A DNA stretch of 63,366 bases, counting the filler, from Octopus bimaculoides (taxonomy: Eukaryota): assembly GCF_001194135.2 (NCBI RefSeq). It is 4 parts of 4 records of this genome, joined end to end, with 100 filler letters (N's around TTAATTAATTAA, not from the genome) between each part and the next. Parts side by side here need not be neighbours in the genome. Positions count along the whole stretch, not along the records: positions 25,133 to 50,530 come from NC_068990.1; 3 more parts are not named here. The stretch is one strand, 5' to 3'. Made by a program: the position numbers and the translations under genes. This document shows positions 25,089-37,960 of the stretch, piece by piece (the first letter of the stretch is position 1; each line of letters opens with the position of its first letter). The notes below the pieces were generated by a model, which was not told the DNA's origin, did not search any database, and saw nothing but the letters and a program-made list of their open reading frames with translations.

Positions 25089-25524
25089 NNNNNNNNNNNN
25101 NNNNNNNNNNNNNNNNNNNNNNNNNNNNNNNNTTTAATATCAAATATAAATGTTCTTTTTTCACTTTGTAATTGTTAAAGAAGCTATAAATATTTACAAT
25201 TGCACTTTCTTCCTTACTTATTTTTCAATGAAATTGTGCTGTCTGTTCAGAAATAAATAGGACTGAGTTACATTTACAAATAAAAACAATCAAAAGGTCA
25301 ACTTTGAAAACATAAAACTTGTTTCTTCTTGATCAATGTGTTCCATAAATTGCTTCTAATTGTGAACATGTCCATTCATATAAACTGGGGAATGTTGGCA
25401 TTTTTAACTCTTTTGTTATTAATTTATCTCAGGCTGCCTCATTTTAAAAAAGGTTTATATTTAAATTACAAAATTCTACCATAGTTTTATGTTAGAAATT
25501 TCGTTATGTTCTCCATTCTTTTTC

Positions 25525-25770
25525 TCTTTTATCTCTTACTTGTTTCAGTCATTAGACTTGAGGAATTCTATTTGAACAAATCAATCCCAGTACTTATGTT
25601 TATGTTTTGAAGCCTGAGGTTTATTCTTTCAGTTTCTGTCTACCAAATCCACTCACAGGGCTTTGGTCAGCCTGCCTGAGACACTTTCCCAAAGTGCCAC
25701 AATGTAGGACTGAACCTGAAATGGTGTGGTTGGGAAACAAACCTCTTACCATACATCCATGCCTGCAAGA
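25525..25770 (-). mobile_element. CORE-like SINE (family C), internally deleted and CpG-decayed
   Basis: CTTACTTGTTTCAGTCATTAGAC..TTTCAGTTTCTGTCTACCAAATCCACTCACAGGGCTTTGGTCAGCC..GGACTGAACC. Confidence 0.8.
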
Positions 25771-25789
25771 GATGAGCACATTTATGGAA

Positions 25790-26010
25790 TATTGCTTTCA
25801 AGTTTGGGCAAAAAAAGGTCAGCAGTTTTGTGGGAGGGATAGGTCAATTACATCGACATCAGTGCTCAACTGGTACTTATTTTATTGACCTAGAAGGGAT
25901 GAAAGGCAAAGTCGACCTTGGTGGAATTTGAACTCAGAATATAAAGATGAACAAAATGTGACTAAGCATTTTGCCCACCATGTTAATGATTCTGCAAGCT
26001 CACTGCCTTA
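25790..26010 (-). mobile_element. SINE family A, full length, CpG-decayed
   Basis: Aligns to the 43030 copy with most CG changed to TG/CA (CCTTGGTGG for CCTCGGCGG; CTCACTGCC for CTCGCCGCC). Confidence 0.88.
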
Positions 26011-26038
26011 CATCTATGGCAATAGTAATCATAGTTCT

Positions 26039-26230
26039 AAGGTGGAGAGCTGGCAGAAACTTTAGCATATTTGGGCAAAATGCTTAGTGGTATTTCGTCA
26101 GTCCTTATGTTCTGAGTTCAAATTCCACTGAGGTTGACTTTGCCTTTCATCCTTTCGGGGTCAATAAATTAGGTACCAGTTGCATACTGGGTCGATCTAA
26201 TTGACTGGCTCCCGAGTAGAAAAGAATATT
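26039..26230 (+). mobile_element. SINE family A, CpG-decayed, head-to-head with the preceding copy
   Basis: AAGGTGGAGAGCTGGCAGAAAC..GAGTTCAAATTCCACTGAGG..GCCTTTCATCCTTTCGGGGTCAATAAATTAGGTACCAG..GAGTAGAAAAGAAT. Confidence 0.9.
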
Positions 26231-26379
26231 GATCATAGTTCTGACTTAACCAAGTTAGATATTGAGTTAGCAAACAAAATGCACACAAGTACACACTGGC
26301 AACAGGTTGATGGCCTAAAATTAAATAGTTCATGCTTAACATGTTAGTATTATTATATTTCATAATCATGATAGCAATC

Positions 26380-26760
26380 AACGTCCTACCAGATTATAAA
26401 TTTGCAGCCAGTAACGACTTAAAATTTTAACAACCAATACTATAGTTGCTTCCAGTAACGATAAATATAATAATTTGATAAAAGCTGCATTTAAAAAAAA
26501 TATTATTTTCTCCAGAATTTATTCACGGTCTCTGAATAATCTACCTTTCTTAATCTACATTTTTTTGTTTGTCATGTACAATATAATTTAGACATATGTA
26601 TTAATCAGTGATCATCTTTCTAAAACCATGGTAAAGACTTCTTGTCAAATATGATTTCATGAATCTCAACCATGTTAGAAGGTTTCTAATGATAATTAAA
26701 AGGAGAAGGTAGGTTAGTAAGATGTAGGTCAATGAATGGCTTCCTAAGATTCTGACAATG
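26380..26760 (-). mobile_element. Possible decayed CR1/L2-like RT relic
   Basis: Minus-strand frame reads SLTYI..IIIRN..YHGFRK..AAF..WLQIYNLVGR, with spacing like RT SLT..IIRD..QHGFRK..KAF..WI..FL.GR; low identity. Confidence 0.35.
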
Positions 26761-27085
26761 GAATATTTCATGGCATTATTTTATACACACACACATGTAC
26801 ATACATGTATACATACTACACACACACATGTGCGTATTTATATATAATATATACATATATATGTGTATACACGTATATATTTATTTTTATAGATTTAAGA
26901 ATGTATATGTATTTACAATGTGTACATTTGTGTGTGTATCTGTGTGTGCATGTTTCAATATAATGTAAACAATGGGCACTGAAATACAATTGAAGGAGTA
27001 TAAACAAATTACATGCATGTTAAATATGAAAATACGTTTTACACACACACGCACACACACACAGGCACACACACACACACACATG

Positions 27086-28201
27086 CATGGGCAGGCTGAA
27101 AAGTTTATTGGCTGGCTATGAAGGATTGATGACAAAACTGAAATCTTGCATGCATTAGTTTCAACTTTTCTTATTAATAATTGTATTGTTCCTTTCCAGA
27201 AAAAAAAACTGACATCTGATAGTTCAAAGATGACTTTAAAAGTACCTAGTAGCAAATTCTCTTGAAAAATGGACCAAATTTAGCATCATGGTGTTATCAT
27301 GTATCTGGAGATAAAAGGGTTGAGCCTGGATGACAGGCAACTGACTATAAATCAAATAGCCAGTTCTATTAGCATATCCTGTGAGAGAGTTGAGAATATT
27401 CTGTACAATGAACTTGGCCTGATGAAGGTTTCTCCTTGGTGGGTGCTACATTTTCTGACACTTGGTCAAAAGCACACCAAGCTGATCACATCATGGGGGA
27501 ATTTGAGACAGTCTGAGGAAGATCTAGTCAGTTTTCTTGAATGTTTCCTAGTTCAACCTGAGTGCTGAGTCATCACTTTGAGCCAGAGATAATGAGAAAA
27601 TCCATGCTGTAGAAGCACCCCAACGCACCTGCTACTAAGAAGGCCAAAGTAGGTTCATCTGCAGAAAAAGCGATGGCCTCAGTGTTTTCAAATGCGAAAG
27701 GCATTGTGTTTATTGACTATCTTCAAAAGGGCCACACCATTAATGGAGAGTACTATGTCAACTTGCTGAGGCAGTTATGAAAGGCTATCAAACCAAACGC
27801 CCAGCAAAACTTCTGAAAGGAATCATGTTTCATCAGGACAATGCTTTAGCACACAAGTCCTTTGTTTCAATGGCTGCTGTGCATGACTATAGCTTTGAAC
27901 GGTTGATCATCCTCCGTATTCTCCCGTTTTGGCCCCAAGTGATTATCATCTGTCCTCCAACACAAAAAAGAAAACACTTGGATGGGAACAAGTGTATTGT
28001 AGTAATGATGTCATATCTGTTGTTGATGACATATTTTGATCATCAAGATTAAAACGTCTTCACCAATGAGATTCAAGCACTGCAGCACTGATAAAAGAAG
28101 TGAGTTGATTACCAGGGGAACTATGCAGAAAAATGAATCTCATTTGGTCACATTCCATGAGAATATCTCGGTCAGCCTATGAACTCTTCAGCCAACTCTT
28201 G
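27086..28201 (+). mobile_element. Mariner (Tc1/mariner, D34D-type) DNA transposon, decayed, with internal deletion
   Basis: 31-nt TIRs at 27086-27116 and 28171-28201 (23/31 match), TA on the right and TG on the left. Transposase pseudogene 27269-28136 has WVLHFL (WVPHxL), VHHFEPE, DYLQKGHTINGEYY, FHQDNA and DHPPYSPVLAPSDYH (YSPDLAPSD); several stops and a frameshift. Confidence 0.93.
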
Positions 28202-28249
28202 TATGTATGTATGTATGTATGTATGTATGTATGTATGTCTGCCTGTGTC

Positions 28250-28480
28250 TTATTTCTTTATTGCCCGCAAGGGGCTAAACATAGAGGGGACAAACAAGGA
28301 CAGACAAACGGATTAAGTCAATTATATCGACCCCAGTGCGTAACTGGTACTTATTTAATCGATTCTGAAAGGATGAAAGGCAAAGTCAACCTCGGCAGAA
28401 TTTCAACTTAGAATGTAGTGGCAGACGAAATACCGCTAAGCATTTCGCCCAGTGTGCTAACGTTTCTGCCAGCTTGCTCG
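28250..28480 (-). mobile_element. SINE family A with alternative 3' end (TTTGTCTGTCCTTGTTTGTCCC type)
   Basis: Same head and central block as family A, different tail: plus strand CTTTATTGCCCGCAAGGGGCTAAACATAGAGGGACAAACAAGGACAGACAAACGG. Confidence 0.9.
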
Positions 28481-31400
28481 CTGTGTCTGTGTCTGTATGT
28501 ATGCATGTATGTCTGACTGCCTGTATGTATGCATGTATGCATGCATATATATATGTATGTATGTAAGCATGCATGCACATCTATCATATAGATGCAAAGT
28601 GCTATAAAGCACAGATTCTGTGCTTTTAACACTTTTTGTCTATATAAGATGATTTCTTAGGATGATATATTATAGCTTATGACATTAAATCTGCACATTC
28701 AAAGTAAAGTTTGGATATGCAAATTAATATTTGTTGCAAAGACTGCTTCTGTTGCCTATAGCCAATACATACATATGTGTGTGTGTGTGAGTTTATACCA
28801 GCAACATCATTTTACCATCCACTTTTCTATGCTTGCATGGGTCAGATGAAATTTATCGAGGCAGATTTTTCTATGACTTGATGCCCTTTCTATAGCCAAC
28901 ACTCACCTGTTCCCAAGCAAAGTAATTCTTTCAACCTGAACAGCACAACTGCCACATGCTTTCATAAGATTGCAACAGAATGGATCCGCTTGCACAATGT
29001 CAAGTCAAGAAGGCATAAATACACAGACACATGTGCTGTTGCCATGTACGCACACACACACACATGCACGCACACATGCACACACATACACACAACAATC
29101 TTATTTCAGTCTATCTCTTATAAATCCAAACAGGAAGTAGATCAACGGTGTTAAAGTTAAATAACCTTAGAATTGATAGAAAAGAAAAGTGCAGCTGTTT
29201 CCTGAATGGTTGTATGATTGATGCAGGTCTCTACATATACACATCCATAGAAATATTCTCATACATACACATCCAAACGCAATCTTTATTCACTTGTATA
29301 TAGATACAAAGAATATATGCTTTCACATGCACATAGGTGTATGTATACAAAAAATGTACATAATCTCATTTGCAGACTCAAATATGTACATACCAATAGC
29401 ATGTAAATGTAAAAACATTACTGCAAACGTAGTCATACAAAGTTTATAGCATATAACATGGTATATACCATTGTTATGGTACAAGTAAAGGAGTACATAG
29501 GTAGTTAAATATATTATCTATCAAAATCTTAGTATAAAATAGTTTTTAAGACCATGTAGTTATTTATATGAGCAAAGTAAAGGCTATAGTTTGTAAATAT
29601 TAAAGATACTGTATTTTAAAGTGTATTTGGGGTCTGTGTGAGAAGATTGTTTCAGAATGTTTAGAGAATAAAATGAATTAAGTGCTTTAACTTAAAGAAT
29701 AAAATGAATTCATATTGCCCAACTGGTTTTGTTATTATACAGTAAATAGCTGCTGGTGGTATTACTTTATTTTGAAAGGCTGTGAAATGTATGTGATTGG
29801 AAAATGCTTATCTAATAATGTCAGAAAAGGTTTATGTTAGTCTTCACATATTTCCCATATAGTGGATTAAACCATATGACATTCAGTTTCTAGCTCTACC
29901 ACTTTGTGAGGAATGCTCCTTATGAACTATTCACTTGTAATAGCAACTTTATAGCTGTACAATAAGGTAGAGGTGGGCAACATGAGTAAAATTATCCATT
30001 TTGGAGTATCAGATGGATAGGGTTCTGCTTATTCCATCCACTGAATTGTTGCATAATGTGCATTTTTAAATATGTAGTGTTTTCACCAGGTCTTCTGCAA
30101 GGTTAGTGTTTATGGTCAAGTTTAAAGATGTATATAGAGAATTAATGGCTATTATGTAAGTGGTATTCATGATTATAGTATATTTGTGGAGTGATATTAA
30201 CAGAGTCAAAGGGAGTTGAATATCTTGGCAATGAGTAAAAATGTTTGTTAAGAGGATAACAATTATTTGCTCCCATCGGCTAGTATTATGTTACCCAATC
30301 TAGGTGCTGCTATTTCTTAAGCCCATGTGAAAGATCAATAGATCTAGATTTAATCTTAGACTAATACTTGTCAAGTTATAAATTGCTGGAAACCTCTAGA
30401 AAAATGAATGCTTTTATCATATTCTGATAATAAACTTCTCACGTTCACAAAAATTGTAATGCCCAAAAATCAAATATTTAAATTATTCTATATTTTTATC
30501 AATATCTTTTCCAGATGTTTCATTTATTTCCTGATTTAACCTGAAAGTTGCTCTTAAGTTGTCTTAAAATAACTCAATATAATATCTGGTTCAAATTTAG
30601 TAAAATACATTTTAATTTAGAAAACTTTTGTTGCATTCATAGAAATAAAACAAATTTGATCATGGCATCAAATAATATAATGTCGACGAAAATATGCTGA
30701 AATAAATCGAATTTGAAGGAAAGAAATTGGAGAATGGGTAAAATTTCACACATTTTGTTTCTTCTATAATGCAGAGATGTCACTGTATGTTGAATTAATA
30801 TTCAACTAACTGTTGGAATGTTCCCCTAAGAAAATTACCTATAACACATTATTCCTTGCATTTTCACAAAATTACAGGAAACTTAGCTAAAAACTGACTT
30901 TACAGATTCTTGTGACTAGGTATAGATTAATTTCATTGATAGGAAGTTATAGTAAATTTTGGCTTGAAACTGATTCCTTGACAACATACAGTTGAAGACT
31001 GATAACTGGATAACTCTCCCTTAGCAAGAAAAAAAAAACTATGAAAGAAAACAGTATAAACATTAATAAAATACATTTAGTCGATAAATGCTTTTTTTTT
31101 TATTGTACTAATTTATGCAAAAGACACTGAAATTTAATATTAAATACTCTGGAAAATCAAAATTCTATTAATGGCTTGGAAAATCATTAAAACATTAGTC
31201 TTGCGTTAACAAAAACATGCAAATGTTTTGTTTAAAAATATCAAGAAATGTAAATTATCAGTCTCCCAAATGTAAACTGTCTCCAAAATATACAAATAAT
31301 TGAAGAAATTATAATTTTGGCATTTGCCCAACTGACTTAAAAAAAGAAAAAAAAATGAAAATATTTCTTTTTGAAATAAAGTAAAAAAACCAGGGTGATA

Positions 31401-31694
31401 GATTCAAAATAATAATAAAAAAATCACAGGATTCTTTAAAGTAGCTAAAAGAATTTGATTTAGAGATTTATAAAATTTACTTTTTATTTAATAAAATTTG
31501 GAATTTAACCAAAAATCTACGCATAAGTTATAAGTACTAAGGTTGTTTTTATTTATATCGGATTAGTAAATTTCTAGAAATTTTTACTGTAGAAATAAAC
31601 ATATGCACTAAGAAAGATTTTCATAGTTAACACATTTCTTAAATAGTGTGTCGATACAACTGGAAAGAATAAATGTAAGCGAATAAAAATGAGT

Positions 31695-32080
31695 CTCTTT
31701 TCTATTCTAGGCACAAGGCCCGAAATTTTGGGGAATGGGGCCAGTCGATTAGATCGACCCCAGTACACAACTAGTACTTAATTTATGGACCCTGAAAAGA
31801 TGAAAGGCAAAGTTGACCTCGGTGGAATTTGAACTCGAAACATAAAGACAAATGAAATACTGCTAAGCATTTCGTCCAGCATGCTAACGTTTCTTATTTC
31901 TTTATTTCCCACAAAGGGGCCAAACACAGAGGGGACAAAGGGATTAAGTCGATTTCATCGACTCCAGTGCATAACTGGTACTTAATTTATCGACCCCGAA
32001 ATAAAAAAAAGCAAAGTCGACCGCGGCGGAATTTGAACTCAGAACGTAACAGCAGACGAAATACCGCTAAGCATTTCACA
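31695..32080 (-). mobile_element. Two tandem SINE family A copies with different 3' ends
   Basis: 31695-31890 (GGCACAAGGCCCGAAATTTT tail type, CpG-decayed) followed by 31890-32080 (GGGACAAAG tail type, CpG largely intact). Confidence 0.88.
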
Positions 32081-32594
32081 CACGTGTGTGTGTGTGTGAA
32101 TTCCAGTGGTCTGAATTCCAGTGGACACTCGAAAGCTAAAACAATGCGAAGCGTATGTGTACATATATGTATGTATTAAGGATTCGTAAACACATACATA
32201 CACATATGCATACATACACAGTCAATAGACATACACACATACAAACATATGAACACGTCTTTAAAAACACATTTATTTGCATGGAAGATGCGGAGAACAG
32301 ATATGGCTATGAATGTTGAGTAAAGACCGAATGAGTATGATCGTGAATACAGTCGGCTGAAATGGGATTTCTTCGAAGTATTTCTGAAGTAACGTCACTT
32401 GAGAAGATGCGTAGCGGGAATGTCAGGGAGTTCTTCAGGTCGAGCTGCTACTTTTTCGCATTGAAAGGACAGAATTACGGCACTACAGATATGCAATTAG
32501 AATGTTGTAGTAAAGAATCGCTAATAGATTCTTTAAGTCCTGCTAACCGATCGGAGACCTGAAGGTAGACCAAGAACGAGATGGTTGGATAACA

Positions 32595-32812
32595 TCGGTT
32601 TCAAGTTTTGACACAAGGCCGGAAATTTTGGAGGAGAGGGCAAATCGATTACATTTACTCCAGTGCTCAACTGGTACTTATTTTTATCGACTCTGAAAGG
32701 ATGAAAGGCAAAGCTAACCTCGGCAGAATTTGGATTCAGAACGAAATATAGGCGAAACAGCGCTAAGCATTTCGTCTGGTGTTCTAACGATTCTGCCAGT
32801 TCGTCGCTTTAA
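32595..32812 (-). mobile_element. SINE family A, full length
   Basis: TTTGACACAAGGCC..CTGGTACTTATTTTTATCGAC..GAAAGGATGAAAGGCAAAG..CTGCCAGTTCGTCGC. Confidence 0.88.
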
Positions 32813-34573
32813 GATGGTTAGATAATATGCATAACTCAGTCGTTCACACTTGGTAATCCATCCGGAAACTCAAATGGCGGTTGCTTTTGGAGGAAATGCA
32901 TGAGGACTTTACCTCAACGTGGTTATGTGTTTTTCCGAGTTGCACTTATCTGGCAAGAGATTAGACGTAAGCCACATTTTAAACTGAAATAATTACATCA
33001 TGGAAGAGTCGTTTTAAGCATTTCATACGCAAAAAATACGAACATCAACAAAATACAAAGTCACTTTTGATTTTTGTCTTGTGTTAGATTTTCCGTCGCA
33101 GTGGAATTGTATCTGTGACTCGGTCGCAGTGGCACGAAGAAACTTTTGACACGAAGAAATACAATGGAATGTGCTTTTGAATGACTAAAAATGTTTCTTC
33201 CACGAGGTAATTGCCATTTATATATGCATGTTTTTCCACAAGTACCTAATTCTTTTTAATGTAAGAAAAGAAGCGCTTGATGCATTTCTCAGTCCATGGA
33301 AAATAAAGACAACAGCAACAACAACAGCAACAACAACAATGACAACAATAATGCTATTAATAAAACACTGCACCATTTCTGCTGTTGAGTTGCCAAGTAA
33401 TTATAGAATGCGATTATATTGTTATTTCTTCCCAAGTATCTCATGAATATAGAAAGTAATTAAAGAAGTATGAAAGCCTACTATATCATAAAAGGTCCCT
33501 CCCCACAATCATGAAAGCCTGCAAATGAGAATCGTCATATAAATACAGAGTAACAGATCCTAGCAATTCATCTTAATTCATCAATTGATGCTGGACGAAA
33601 TAAGTAATGCAGTTAGAATGTAAATGAAATTCAACTTCCAAATCTTACCCATTTTCGATTTGATTTATCATTTTCAATAAGAGTAGATTTATTTACGAAT
33701 TCTATATCTAATCACTCATTTGATCAGTGTCCTTCTCACGTCAGCAACTCACACTACATATTTATGAAATGACAGAGTTAATAGTGATATTGTCTTCTCC
33801 TTGAAATCCCAGTGGGGCCTGATTCACAAGCATAAGCATATCAGAACACTATGGGAATCATCCATATCAATTACTTTATGTCCTTTTCATCACTTCTTTA
33901 CACACACACACACACATACAGAGCACACACACGCATACGCGCGCGCATGTAACCTTAGTAACATAAAATTTCTAAACGTTCGGTATTGTTCTGTTAATGC
34001 AAATAAATAGGAAATGAGCTGCAACTGTTTCAATGTAACAAGGGAATACCTACGTGGTTGTTCGACTTGATAGAATTAGCAGTTAAATCTTCCTCAAATT
34101 GCAACCTTACAGCTTAAAAAAAAATCGAGGCAGGGGATACATTGTGCGATGTATGCAATTCCTCGAGAGATGAAAAAGCTAGGTCATAGCAAGAATGCTT
34201 TTGATTAGAGATCTAGTCAGTCAGTCAGTGCCGTTCTGGGACTAAACCACAAAAACAGCCCTCCTCTTAGATAAAAGAATTTTTCCAAGGCGAATCTGTT
34301 TCGTACAGTTTATGTTCATTTGATTAGAGGAAGTGGGAAAGTAGATCCTACAACTCATGCAGGTCCTATCCAACACTCATAAGACAGTTGCAGTTGATAT
34401 TCAGTTTGAACGTGTGTAGATCAATATCTGCAAAGTAAAAAAATAAAAAATAAAAAAATAAAAAGAAACGCATGTGAGTTGGAGACAAATTACATAGTAA
34501 GAGTGAAAAAATTAAAATGTAAATGATATCAGGTATTTACAAGCAGTAATAGGACACACACATACACGCACAC

Positions 34574-34624
<51 letters not shown>

Positions 34625-34689
34625 CACACACATATGTATATGTATGTACACATACACACACATATATCTGTAGCCTAGCAGTTCTGCAT

Positions 34690-34820
34690 AACAGACTAAT
34701 AGATGGATACCAAGCTTAAAAATAAGTACTTGGATCGATTCCTTTGACTAAAACGTTTCAAGGTTGTGTCACATCATGACCGTAGTCCAGTGATTGAAAC
34801 AAGGAAACGATAAAAGATAT
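34690..34820 (+). mobile_element. CORE-like SINE (family C) 3' remnant
   Basis: AATAAGTACTTGGATCGATTCCTTTGACTAAAA..CATGACCGTAGTCCAGTGATTGAAACAAG. Confidence 0.6.
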
Positions 34821-35301
34821 ATAAACAATGAAAAGTTACCATAAGAAAGTATCATTCATGAATTCAGTTAATAAACTCCAACAGCTGATGGTTGTGATAA
34901 CAGTACCGGGTGGCCTGTTGACTTTAGAGTTTATTGAAGATAGTCATGGCTTAAATGAAAACTGAATGAATAACAGAATAAGTCTAACACCACCACACTC
35001 ATCTCCATCCCCATATAATTACTATTCCTTCCTCTCTTTCCACCACCTTCCCCTTCTACTAACACAGAAATACCCACATAACTAGGTTAATTTTCATACT
35101 CGTAAGAAGAGAGAAACATTCCTCTGTTGTACATCCGTTAATGTTATATAATTTGAAGAAATGAGCCCATGAAGATGATCACAGATACTACGGACTGCAC
35201 TGTAATCATCCCAGGAATATGGACTATGATCTTAAGAGACATATAATCTGTGGAAACGCGCGTAGCGATGCATTAAATGTTTATAAATTCCATCCAAGTG
35301 T

Positions 35302-35372
35302 TGTTATTATTATTATTATCATCATCATCATCATCATAATCATTATTATTATTATTATTATTACTATTATTA

Positions 35373-35403
<31 letters not shown>

Positions 35404-35815
35404 TATTATTATTGAGCGAGAGAGCAGTGCATGCCAACAAAGTGACACTGGGGTAAAATATATGAAGCCCAGTATACCCATCATGACTACCCATCTCATA
35501 AAGATACACGAGGCACATTCATCACAACTATATGTGCGCGACATAATGATCTCGTATCAAGATTAAGAGCGCATGACCTTGCAGGTTACAATTTTCTTCA
35601 GGTCGAGTAGCCCATCCCACTCTAAAGGTCTCTAAATAAGGGTTGTTTAAGAATGTTGAACGAAACACCTATGTTTCCAAGGGTGAATTATCCTAACTCC
35701 GAAGAGTTCTTCTCAACACATTGCTATGATGCTCCCCTACTCTTTCTGCTCGTGATCAGAGATGCACATATTATCAGCCACCAAGGAACATGCTCAAACT
35801 GGGGATGAATACTGC
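35302..35815 (-). mobile_element. Probable retroposon 3' end with (AAT)n-type tail
   Basis: A GC-balanced 400-nt block (35413-35815) abuts an (ATT/ATC)n array that reads as a poly(AAT) tail on the minus strand; single copy here, family unassigned. Confidence 0.45.
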
Positions 35816-37769
35816 CTAGTGACAATCGTATGTTGTTGATGGTGATAGGTATTTAGAAACTTTGAGAGAACGAGAAATAGTTGTTTTTAGAGAGGTGTGT
35901 GAATCAAACTCGTACATACAAAGTCGTACACACACATATACACACACATACAAACACACCCGCACGCACGCACGCACACAAGCTTTCTCTAAACTCATAG
36001 TTTCAGAAGAAGTTGGTGAATATTTCGGATGCTTGCAGTCTAACGGATTCATGTCAAGTCATTTTATTACAGACTAAGCTATTATTCTTCTGCTCACATA
36101 ACGTGTTTGTTGTATCTTGAATCATATTGTTCAAGAAATTTGTTGCGATGGCAGTCATTGTGGGTACTGTGAGATAAACTGAGATAAACTCAGAAATAAA
36201 TGGGGTAGCTTTACGTATAGTACGGTGAAAAGTTAGCTGAGCATATCTGTACTATTAATGATGTCATAAGGGTTATGTCTAGCACGGCTCATTTTGGCAA
36301 TTACATTTCGTTGCAGTGATTCCAAAGCTCACCTACAATCTATCCCAACATGTTAGGAAAAAAACAAACAAAAGGGTCCATATTGTAGACTCATCGTATG
36401 CAAAAAATATCAACTCTTAATTTATAATACTTAAGATATAACATTTTAGAATGGGCTCAGTTTAACTAGCTGCCTGATAACACACACACACACACGCTGC
36501 GCTCACGCATACACATTAATTTGTAAATACTTTGATAAAGATATTAGTACTAGCAATGTTCATATCATCATTCCTACAGCTTGTGTTAATAATGTAACAC
36601 AGCCATAGACATATCTATGTCTATATCTATCAACAGCAAGAACTAGCTAGAATAAACAACGTGTATCATTTGATGGGAAACTTACCAAATCATTTAAGAA
36701 ATTAAATATTTCCAATCTAGACAACCACCGACAACAAATAAGAGAAACGGTTCAAACATATCATTTTGAACAAAGACTCTGTGGTCAATTGTCCAATTAA
36801 CATTCAATAAAATCATCGTGATGGTGAGTCTGTAGCGGTGAGGATGGTGGTGGAGAATAACGACTGGATGTGGAAGGCGGTGAGGCAAAGTGGGCGAAGA
36901 AATAAAGGAGTCTAAAAGGGAGGACTTGGCAATTGGCGGTAGTGGTGTGGTGATGGTGGGCGGTGGTAGTGTAGATGAGAAATGATGTGATCGCGATTTT
37001 ATTTGAAGTGCAGCATGAATGAATATAAGGGCCAGACGGCTGATGGATTGTTGCCAGAAACAGAATTGTGCCGAGATTAAAACTTGGAATGAGGAAAATG
37101 TGGACAATTGCATATTCTTCTTCACTTGACCTGGGATTTTTAGCCTTTCTCACGTTCTAACTATCATATTGAATATACAATGAAGAATATATTGTAAATA
37201 TGTCGTTGAATAATTATCTATTATTATTGTCATTTTAATATCACCAAAATTTAGTATTTGGATTCGTTTCTGCTCCTTTCTAAGCAATAATATCTATTAC
37301 ATCGCTTTCTTAAATTACAGCTACGTCTTATACTGTAAGAACGCTATTCTCTTTTTCTTTTCTATTAAAAGAGAAGACATTGCCAGAACTAAGTTCCAAC
37401 TGTAACACTACAAACAACTTTAACGATGCAGGGAAAAGCCATACCTAAAATATTAGAACGTCTGGTGAAATTCTATAGTCATAAAGTTTAAAAGACTAGT
37501 GACAGCTCATTACTGTATGAATTATGAATCATGTAGGCAAAAAGTAAAATTTGAAGAAACTAGTGAAGGTCTGTGTTGGTGAGACGTTATAATGATAATT
37601 TAATTCAAACAGAGTAATGCGTTTTATGCTGTGAGGAAGAAAAGTCAAACGAGAATTTGTCGTGCGAGCATATGGCTGGTTGCGAGTAGACGCCATTGAA
37701 AAGTCTAAAAACAAAAAAAGGCGATATGCATCTGTCGCTCTTGCTGGCCGAAGCTTGTGCAAATGCTCG

Positions 37770-37960
37770 TCTCTGTCTGTCTGTCTGTTGGTCTGTCTGT
37801 CTGTTGGTCTGTCTGTCTGTTGGTCTAGCTGTCTGTCTCTGTCTGTCTGTCTGTCTGTCTGTCTCTGTCTGTCTGTCTGTCTCTGTCTGTCTGTCTGTCT
37901 GCCCCCCCCCCTTNNNNNNNNNNCTGTCTGTCTGTCTCTGTCTGTCTGTCTGTCTGCCCC
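37770..37960 (+). repeat. (TGTC)n microsatellite
   Basis: Direct reading. Confidence 0.9.

Noticed and set aside
26600-26690. Minus-strand exon KPSNMVEIHEIIFDKKSLPWF* after a CTAAC/polypyrimidine/TAG acceptor
   Set aside because: Better explained by an overlapping frame with HGFRK from a decayed LINE RT.
29700-30350. Penelope/LINE RT relic on the minus strand (INSLYT)
   Set aside because: One short motif echo only; no YxDD or ordered motif series recovered.
30839-31038. 200-nt minus-strand exon with good acceptor (TTTTCTTTCATAG) and donor (AG|GTAATT)
   Set aside because: Stops in all three frames; could only be a UTR or non-coding exon, and such sites arise by chance in AT-rich DNA.
34040-34255. 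Possible further interspersed repeat (GGTTGTTCGACTTGATAGAATTAGCAG..GGGACTAAAC); similar doubt for 28810-28930
   Set aside because: Looks repeat-like from recollection but is single-copy here with no diagnostic structure.
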